Assembly (NCBI GenBank): GCA_030167865.1
Contig: JALAGF010005068.1
Span: 62,001-88,849 of the forward strand
DNA length: 26,849 nt
Source of the DNA: Craspedostauros australis
Lineage: Eukaryota
Reading direction: 5' to 3'
Shown here: positions 19,259 through 26,849 of the stretch, piece after piece
How the letters are laid out: the number at the start of each line of letters is the position of its first letter
Numbering within the stretch: position 1 is the first letter of the stretch
Notes under the pieces: model-generated
Seen by the model: only the letters and a program-made list of their open reading frames with translations
Told to the model about the DNA's origin: nothing
Databases searched by the model: none
Translations under genes and position numbers: made by a program

Positions 19259-20062
19259 TTACTTCATCGTGCTGGCATCATCTCCATCGAGCTGGATGGC
19301 GTCGCCGCCAAATCCGAACAGTCCGCCGCCCTTCTTCTTCTCCTCCTTTGGTGGAGCATCGGGGTCCTTTTCGAGAGCCATCTGGCCGACCTTCTTCATG
19401 GCCTTGAAGACATCTCCCACACCCAAAGGTTTGCGTTCCTTGACCTCGACTTTCACAGGCGATTCGTAGTTCTCGTCCATGATGACTGGCTCGTCGCCTT
19501 CGTCGTCATCGGTTTCGATGTAATCCTGCTCCTCTCCCATGCGGTTGCTGAGGATGGTGAAAAGGGTCGGTGCGCTGCCACGGTACAATCTCACATCGAG
19601 CTGCGCGGGTCCGCTCTTGAGCATTCCCATGACGAAGTCGAAATCCTTGCCAATGACATTCTCGCCATTGATGGTCATGAGCTGATCGCCGATGCGGATA
19701 CCGGCGATGGCACCGTTCTGCGCCTCGATGACATCATCGACGACGAGACCCAGGTACGGATCCGGATTTTCACCAAAGACGATGCCGAGCGGCTTCTGTA
19801 CTGACACGACGTAACCGATGTCGCTGATGGCGTCCAGGGAAACGCCGATCGAGAGCGGCGCCAGGGCATTGCTTCGGCCGGACGTCGACTGGATCGTTCC
19901 TTGTTGCGGTGCGACGAATGCCAGGCTACCTGCGGCGGATGTGCGCTGGCGTTGCAGTTGGTTCTGCTGCTGCTGGAAGGCATCACAAACCCGCACAGGA
20001 GACCATGTTGATGTTGCGGCGGCGGCAACGAGCAAAAACGAAGCGATCTTGAAGCTTGGCAT
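19259..20062 (-). CDS. PDZ-domain protein with bipartite (signal + transit) plastid-targeting presequence
   Basis: From ATG 20062: signal peptide MPSFKIASFLLVAAAATSTW..CDA|F and a second SLA|FVAP motif, then an S/T/R/Q-rich transit region. The PDZ fold follows (VSVQKPLGIVF..LVVDDV....G..AGIRIGDQLMTING..V...DFDFVM..L), then an acidic linker and a K-rich C-terminus. Confidence 0.8.
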   Translation of the reverse strand: MPSFKIASFLLVAAAATSTWSPVRVCDAFQQQQNQLQRQRTSAAGSLAFVAPQQGTIQSTSGRSNALAPLSIGVSLDAISDIGYVVSVQKPLGIVFGENPDPYLGLVVDDVIEAQNGAIAGIRIGDQLMTINGENVIGKDFDFVMGMLKSGPAQLDVRLYRGSAPTLFTILSNRMGEEQDYIETDDDEGDEPVIMDENYESPVKVEVKERKPLGVGDVFKAMKKVGQMALEKDPDAPPKEEKKKGGGLFGFGGDAIQLDGDDASTMK

Positions 20063-20875
20063 ATTGGAGTTGATCGAATCTTTTGGGCACAAAAATGAGT
20101 TGGGTGGATCCGTTAGTTGGTTGGTCGGTTGGTTGCGTAGTTATGAAGATGAGCCAGTTGAGTACAAGTACAAATACGAAGCTGATTCTTTCGATTGATG
20201 GGCGGCAATGATGATGTGATAGAGGATGTTGCCTCGAGCGAGAATGTTGAGGGGACGAAGCTATGACTGCTGCAGTGGGCAATGGTGAGGATGTGCTGAC
20301 TGTGTTTGGTGGTAGCGATGAACAAACGATTGCGAACTCTGCAACAAGATTTTCTGATTCATCGCGGTTGTCGTCATCGCCGCCGTCATCACCCTCATCG
20401 CAAACACGTTTCGAGATACCCAACTAACACGATTCAACTTCAAGTGATTAATCCAATGGAATACTTCCACGTGGTGTGGTGTCCACAACGGAGTTAACGG
20501 GAGTAAATCGTGACTCAATCTACAGTCACCACGATAACCGAACTCTCCGACTCCAACGCTTTTGCGTTCGCGTTTCGTCATTTAACGCTTTATAACGGCT
20601 ACATGTCGACTTCGAAAATGGAGAAGAGAAATGCGCGAAAATCCAAGAAGCCAAACACGGCGCAACGTGATCCAACCAAATCAATCCACCACCACAAATC
20701 TCATCCCTGTCCCCACCCACTGCAGCCCGACCATACTCCTGGGGAAGCAAGAGCAAGCAAAGCGAGGCAAGAAACAGATCAGGAGCGTTGGAAGAAGATA
20801 TTCGATCAAGGCAACGGACTTCCGTCGGATCAGAGTGTGGATCAAAGTGTCGTCGAGCAGAAAGAGACAGCAAGC

Positions 20876-22302
20876 ATGGCAGCAACAAGAGGGATGATGG
20901 AAGGCTTCGGCGGTCCAGTGCGACTGGACCAGCACGTCGCCGATGGTCTTGATCCAACGCTTGACGCCTGTTGCCAACGGGAGGTACGAGCACGCGAGTC
21001 GCAAACTTCTTCGACCTTGTCTGTGCAATCGTCGCCATCTCGATCTCACCCCGTGTCATGAAATGCCATGCCATTTCACTCCATTCATTTTTCGCTATCA
21101 ATCTGCACTTCCGCCTTCTGCTCACCAAAAATGCGCACGCACGTTCATGCGCACATGCATGTATCATTACATCACGCTACTATTTGCGGGGTTTGATGAT
21201 GGAGCAGGTCCTATCGAACAGACGTCAAAGTGCGATGCAGCGGACGTTGCGGAGGCATGATGTTGTCGCCATGGCCGAGCGTCGACGTCGCAATTTGGTG
21301 AAAACACCCACATTCATCGGTTGCCGATGTAGCTATGATCCCAGCAGTGATGGTGGTGGAGAATACAAGGCACTCATCGATTTGCGCGCCTCCGTGCAAA
21401 AAGCGGAAGCACTGGTCACAGCTGATGCTGATGCTGCTGCAGGCGGCGGTTATGTCGCAAATGGATACATCTGTGGTGTTGTCAACGAGGATGGCAAAGA
21501 CAACAACGATGGCAACGATAGCGATGGCGATAGCGACGGCGATAGCGACGATGAGTTTGACTACCTGCTCGACGAGGACCTTCCGGACAGCCAAGAAGTG
21601 AAGGAGATGGAGGAACGACGACGTGCGGAATTGGAGATGCAGATGCTGAGCCGGGAGATGGCATTGCAGCACGGGTACGGAACTCATCGGCAGTTGCATC
21701 CTGTGCGCGTGCTGAAGGCGGCAGGTCTTGGCGACCGGTCAAAGCGGGAACCACCCCGAGCTGTTGTGTTGCATTTGGTCGATTCCGAATCGCTGGGTTC
21801 CGCATCGTTGGATTTGTATCTGGAAAAATTGGCGGCGAGCGATGCAGCTCGGGGTACGGTCTTTGTGCGCAGCGGAGGTAGATCGACCATGCTGATGGAT
21901 GCCGAGTTGGCGCGCAAGGCATTCCCACGGCTGGATGCTGATCGGGATATGCCCGCATTGGTGGCGATTAAGGATGGCGTGGCCGTCAATGTCGCACCCA
22001 AGTTGCAGGGGCTCATGAACGGCGATCGCATCGATGAGCGGTCTGTGCGCCATTGGTTGGAAAGAAGCGGCGTGATTGTGGACACAGCGCCGGCGATGGA
22101 TTTCCTCTGCCACATCCGTCCAGAGGAGGAGGCATTGATGGAGTATCTTGCCACGAAGAAACCGCAGGAGGCCGAACGATACAACTGCGGCCTCCCAAGT
22201 TGCGCCAAGCTGTACGCACACGAACATGTCGGTATCCAGACGTCGACCCAGAGCGGTATGGTCGTTCCAGAGGAAGCCATTGTCACAGATATGGGGCGGT
22301 AG
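20876..22302 (+). CDS. Phosducin/thioredoxin-fold-like protein with Cys/His motifs; 2 exons: 20876-20983 (start could be upstream ATG 20603) and 21208-22302
   Basis: Donor GAG|GTACGA at 20984 and acceptor CAG at 21207 join in phase 0 (ACCQRE/VLSNRR). An acidic patch DSDDEFDYLLDED and helix EMEERRRAEL are followed by GYG.H.Q, VVLHLVD, LD.YLEKLA, GTVFVR and MPALVAIKDG. This is the phosducin-like thioredoxin layout, with no CxxC motif. Confidence 0.65.
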
Positions 22303-22693
22303 AGCACCAATATGGTGGAGCACAATGAATACGGCAAAACAAGAGGAGTAAACTTTGCAGAGTATGGACCATCCTCTCGTCTCATTCAATTTACTCATTC
22401 ACAGGCGGAGTCTAGAGCATAGTCGTAGAGGAGTCTGTGGATTTAGGGTACAAGCATGTGATTGATTTCGCTGATGTCGCTATGCCTACGAAAAGTATTG
22501 CGATACTGGCGTATGATTGCAATACTCGTAGGAGAGACTCAACACAGCATTGGCATGATCATTGGCATAAGCATTGGTGTTGCCTTTGTCTTTCAGAAAC
22601 TGATTGGTACAGCTCTCCACCATGTACGTAGCTTTCAAATGCAACGCACCGCGACTATCCGTGCCACCACAGTTTGCAGCCTCATCCACAACC

Positions 22694-24803
22694 TCACGTG
22701 TGTTTCATTCTATACCCAAATCGATCAAATTGAAATTTCCATCGCTGAAGAAGTTGCCGTTCAACGTCTTCATCCAGCTGCACGTGATCGAATGTATTGC
22801 GTTTGTAACCCTTCAATTGTGTCTCGCAGTACTCCCGCAGCTTGCGGGGATATGCAGCATCAGAAGCACCCACCCCGAACACGAACTTGTCCCCATCCAA
22901 CGTGTTATGAATCTTCTCGATGGTTTCGTAAGGTCGCTGTGTCAACTCTTCGAATGATACTTCGACAAGGTTGCGTCCCGCTTCGACCACGCCATCGTCC
23001 ACACACGAAATATACTCCTTCAACAGAAGCTCGCCTTGCTTGAGGATGTACTCCAGCATCCCATCGTTGGTGGGTTGCTGGAGGAACATGTACCCGTACG
23101 TTGTGTTGGCCATGTGCACGGAGCTGAGGAAGACCTCAAGTGGATGGCGATGGATGAATACGAATTGTGCCTGTTCACACATGGCGCAAGTACATGGTGA
23201 GAAATACAGAGTGGTTTCGTGAGCAAGGAGAAGAGAACGGAGATGGCGATGATGCAAGTACATGTAACGCAATCGAATTCAAAGCAGCTGCTGCCATGGT
23301 GAGCGTACACGTACGCGCGTGCCGTGGAGTCACTGCAAAGAAGATGCACAACAATATGCTGTACATTCCCTTATCAATGAAACGTGTCAAGCCGTGCCTT
23401 GCCTTTCCCGATCAAAGCACCAAAGCCACTGCAGTGAACGACCTGATGGACAGCAATCCGTACCTTCGGATACATCTTGAGGATGTGTCGGATGCGACCT
23501 GTATGGCACGGTGATTTCAAGAGCAGCCGATCAGGTTGCGGGAGGTTGCGACTGTCGACATCTTTGCCATTTGATCCCTTCCGCTTTTTGAGCTTTTGCA
23601 AGACGTTGCGAACGCGCAGTTTGAGACACAACCAGGAGAATGCGTCCGTCCAGCGTTGCACGTCTTCCGGCGACGCATGGCACAGTGTTTGGTAGGTCCT
23701 GTATTCCATCTCATCGCGTGGGAAGTACAGCGACATGTACGGGCTGCACCTGCCACCGGTCAACAAGCACGTCGCGAGCTCATCCTCCTGAGGCAGATCA
23801 AAGTCGAGCTTCATGTTGTCCATGGGACGAGTCTCGCTGATGATGCGGCGTGATCATGGTTAGTACGTATAATATTTGATAGTGGAGTGGGATTAGTGCG
23901 GGTGCGCAGCGATGGGAGGGAAGGAAGGATGGCAATCAGATGAGATGTGGCCGATCGCACGTGGAAAATGAATCATGACATGGTGGAAGGCGGTTGCAGG
24001 CGGCTGCATTCGTCGATGCGACAGCATTATGCTTGGAGACACCGATTCTTTCCAGTCTTACGTCTAGGTGCAATCGCCGAAGTCCACAGCAATGATGATC
24101 ACTGATAATGATCCATAACGATGATGATCTTCACTCACGTCAACATGGATGCAAATAGCATCTTTCCGATGTCTTCAAACCAAAGGAATGCATGAGGGAA
24201 CCCTGCACAGAATGTGGAGCAGGTTGCGAATCGCTCCGTGTCCATGGCCAGCAAGGAATGCAGCAGGGTGGTGCCAGTCCTTGGATGTCCCAAGATGAAG
24301 ATGGGGGCATCATCATGAGCATCATCATGATCATCGGGATTGGCATTTGCGACCTTGCAATGCTCCACGATGGACCGCAGGGCGATGTTCATGTACAAGG
24401 ATTCGATGATGGAGAGAATGAGATGGAAGATGGAGACCAATGCCAAGCAAAGGAGTCTCCATTTGTAACGCCACCAATCGATGGATCTGCGCTTGTGAAT
24501 GAGGAGGAGAACGAAGAGTCTTGGCATGGTCATGCCAGTCATTGGATTGTTGGTCAAGGTGGAGGCGAGGTGTTCGTCGCTTTCGAGGTTCATCCATGCT
24601 CCTTCTGCTGCATCCGTTGCTGCCGCTGCTGCTGCTGCTGCTGCTGAGGTGGCCGTGGCATGCTTCGGGTCAGCAGGAGGAGCCTGGTCGAAGCCAGCGA
24701 GGTTGTGGGCTGCTGTGCTCTCTTCTTGATCCACTTCGTCTGCTTCATCATGTTGTCGCTGGTTTTGCGGCTGCGTTCGTCTTCGCCTCAGGTTGGACTC
24801 CAT
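22694..24803 (-). CDS. PAPS-dependent sulfotransferase (Sulfotransfer_3, Stf3-like); 3 exons: 24803-24139, 23836-23464, 23170-22694 (504 aa)
   Basis: 5'-PSB loop PIFILGHPRTGTTLLHSLL; RPMDNM and PQEDE motifs in exon 2, joined in frame across intron 1; LLLKSPCHTGR; 3'-PB motif FVFIHRHPLEVFLSS; VEVSFEEL...P. One hydrophobic segment (WRLLCLALVSIFHLILSII). GT-AG introns keep the frame. Confidence 0.88.
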
Positions 24804-25149
24804 TGTTGCGCTTTCGCCTCTTTGGTGCTCCTCGACGGTTGTGCTGATCAGTAATTGATGGGTGCCGTGGTTGTGTGGCCTTGACGACGACCGCGCGTTG
24901 GTTCGCCAAGGGATGGCGTGAGTACTCCGGTTCCGTCCAACGGCACTGCCAATGACCTTATCGCGATCCACGACTGATTTTTGTGTGGTGTGTGTATCTT
25001 CCACGTACTACTCCGACCGGAAAGGATTCAGCCATCACGCCGACCAGGCGGAAATGTGTCCGCCGGCCATGCCCAACGGACAAAGCAGCGGTAAAATACA
25101 ACATTTGTATTAATGTCTCTTTTCGTCCAACAGGAAAACTAGATCCGGG

Positions 25150-25701
25150 TTCTTCCCATCATGTGACATCAATCCCGACGTCGGTTTCAGTTCTATCGGT
25201 CTTGTAGGGTATGCCTTCATGTCAGTATCTTGTGTTGTCTTGTTAGTCTGTCTGGTAGTTTGTGTGTGTGTCTGCAAAGCGGTAGTGCTCCTTCATCTTG
25301 CGGAAGAGAAGTGCGTGGCGTTGACTTCAGTAGAGTGCGATTGTGCAATGCAGTACTATTGTAGACTCTACTACAGTGTCATCATTGTTCGCCATCTATT
25401 NNNNNNNNNNNNNNNNNNNNNNNNNNNNNNNNNNNNNNNNNNNNNNNNNNTTCTTCCCATCATGTGACATCAATCCCGACGTCGGTTTCAGTTCTATCGG
25501 TCTTGTAGGGTATGCCTTCATGTCAGTATCTTGTTGTCTTGTTAGTCTGTCTGGTAGTTTGTGTGTGTGTGTCTGCTAAGCGGTAGTGCTCCTTCATCTT
25601 GCGGAAGAGAAGTGCGCGGCATTGACTTCAGTAGAGTGCGATTGTGCAATGCAGTACTATTGTAGACTCTACTACAGTGTCATCATTGTTCGCCATCTAT
25701 T
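25150..25701. repeat. 251-bp near-identical direct duplication (25150-25400 and 25451-25701) flanking a 50-N gap
   Basis: The copies differ by 3 substitutions and two compensating 2-bp indels, one being (GT)5 vs (GT)6. Both copies end exactly at the gap edges. Confidence 0.95.
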
Positions 25702-25949
25702 GGCCAGATGCTACTCTGCTGTGTGACTCTACTTCCTTCACACCCATTGGATCATTGCTCCTCTTTGCCATGGCGCACCATCATTCTCACCTTATGACGC
25801 CATTGCGATTAATGCAACGCTCATGTGGTCCTCAATTAGGTGTTGGCTGTGCGTTTCGCGGTGCGCAGCGCACAGCTCACGTAATACATGTTGGCAAGTT
25901 TCGCTCCCGGATACTCTTGCAACTGTAGGTGACGGTAGTGGTTGTTACA
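25463..25949 (-). mobile_element. Probable LTR-like remnant (~487 bp)
   Basis: Bounded by TGTGACA (25463) and TGTTACA (25943-25949), a 6/7 terminal inverted repeat with TG..CA ends. Non-coding, with a CCAAT box on the minus strand. No target-site duplication seen. Confidence 0.35.
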
Positions 25950-26465
25950 GTTCTGTTTGCTATTTCATTACATTGGCACTCCGATCCTCTTGGTGCCTCT
26001 TGTTGCTCTGCTTGATGCTCTTGGTGCATCTCTCCAACTATGAGTCGGCACGTGAGATGCTCTCTTGCTGTTCATCGTATTCTTTCTCTCTCTCTCAATA
26101 TTGCGTGTTCACACCATGCAATATTCTGTGCTCAATATGTATTCCGTATTCGGTATATACTCTGTCATCTCATTCTCTATTGGCCCGCTACTCTGTGAGT
26201 AATTGCCAATGTCTTGTCCGAACTCCTCCTTGTACATCCACGATCTCAATATCCCTTGGTCATCAAATCTTCACCTTCTTGATCTGATGTGGAGACAGAT
26301 GTTGACGTGGTGACATGATGACATCCTGTCAACATCAGCTCTCACCTTCCATGGTCCTCCAGATTCCATATTCCATTGGTGATGCAATGGCTTGGCGAGG
26401 ATGTTGTCATTTGAGGTTTAGTTGGGAAGTACATTGATCATTTCTTGATGCCATACATTTTTGTC

Positions 26466-26685
26466 TGTTGATGGACGGACAGGATTCCTGATGCTCTCAG
26501 AAATGTTTGTTCACGAGTTTCCTTCCGNNNNNNNNNNNNNNNNNNNNNNNNNNNNNNNNTGATGTGATTTTGACAAATCACAGTATACTATCGACACACG
26601 TGTAGTTGTACCATCCATACATGAGTATGAGAGAATAGCAGGTGAACGATGCACATACACACATATACATCTTGACACCCTTCCT
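26466..26685 (-). mobile_element. Polypurine tract and 3' LTR of the copia element (distal LTR boundary uncertain, contains an N gap)
   Basis: 12 nt after the pol stop, the minus strand reads AGGAAGGG (26685-26678) directly followed by TGTCAAG (starts 26677), a canonical PPT/TG junction. A candidate far end is ...TCAACA at 26466. Positions 26528-26559 are Ns. Confidence 0.6.
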
Positions 26686-26697
26686 GTGTGCATTCGG

Positions 26698-26849
26698 TCA
26701 TTCGAGTGTTCTCGATGTGTCAAGGTACGACTTCTCATGCTCTCATTGCAAGTCGGCCTTGATTGTCTTGGTGAATCCGTCGCTTGTGTTCTGCTCGGAT
26801 TTGACGAAAATGATTTCGATGGTTTTGTTGATTACCATGTTCCTCACGT
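26698..26849 (-). mobile_element. 3' end of Ty1/copia LTR-retrotransposon pol (RNase H C-terminus), disrupted by a premature stop; runs off the window
   Basis: Minus frame from 26847 reads VRNMVINKTIEIIFVKSEQNTSDGFTKTIKADLQ*EHEKSYLDTSRTLE*. This matches the copia RNase H tail (VRE.V....I.I.FV.S..N.AD.FTK). In-frame TGA at 26745-26743. Not in the supplied ORF track. Confidence 0.85.

Noticed and set aside
25142-25161. PBS-like TGATGGGAAGAACCCGGATC next to the LTR-like end on the minus strand
   Set aside because: Starts TGA rather than TGG, no matching tRNA 3' end recognised, and there is no room for an internal region before the sulfotransferase gene.
26298-26336. Perfect 9-bp inverted repeat GATGTTGAC / GTCAACATC with a 21-nt spacer
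   Set aside because: Short, isolated and inside TE debris; no TSD or second copy to support a MITE or structured RNA.

Overview
Eukaryotic nuclear DNA, most likely from a diatom (inferred from GT-AG introns, an ASAF-type bipartite plastid presequence, poly-Q-rich proteins and copia-like elements). Eight protein-coding genes can be modelled: a membrane-anchored cyclophilin-like protein (-), a P5A ATPase of the ATP13A1/Spf1 type (+), a membrane-anchored JmjC/cupin oxygenase (+), COG4 (-, 3 exons), a SMARCAL1/ZRANB3-like SNF2 helicase (+, 4 exons), a plastid-targeted PDZ protein (-), a phosducin/thioredoxin-fold-like protein (+, 2 exons) and a Sulfotransfer_3-type sulfotransferase (-, 3 exons). 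The right end holds the 3' end of a degenerate Ty1/copia element (RNase H tail, PPT, LTR start), further LTR-like debris and a near-identical duplication across an assembly gap. The left end looks like an LTR with a tRNA-anticodon-arm-type primer binding site. The strongest unexplained pattern is that all 8 introns are 224-319 nt long and carry AG-free zones of 109-214 nt upstream of the acceptor, which suggests systematic use of distant branch points. I found no convincing operon-like or defence system. All family assignments come from recognising motifs by eye; no database search was run.
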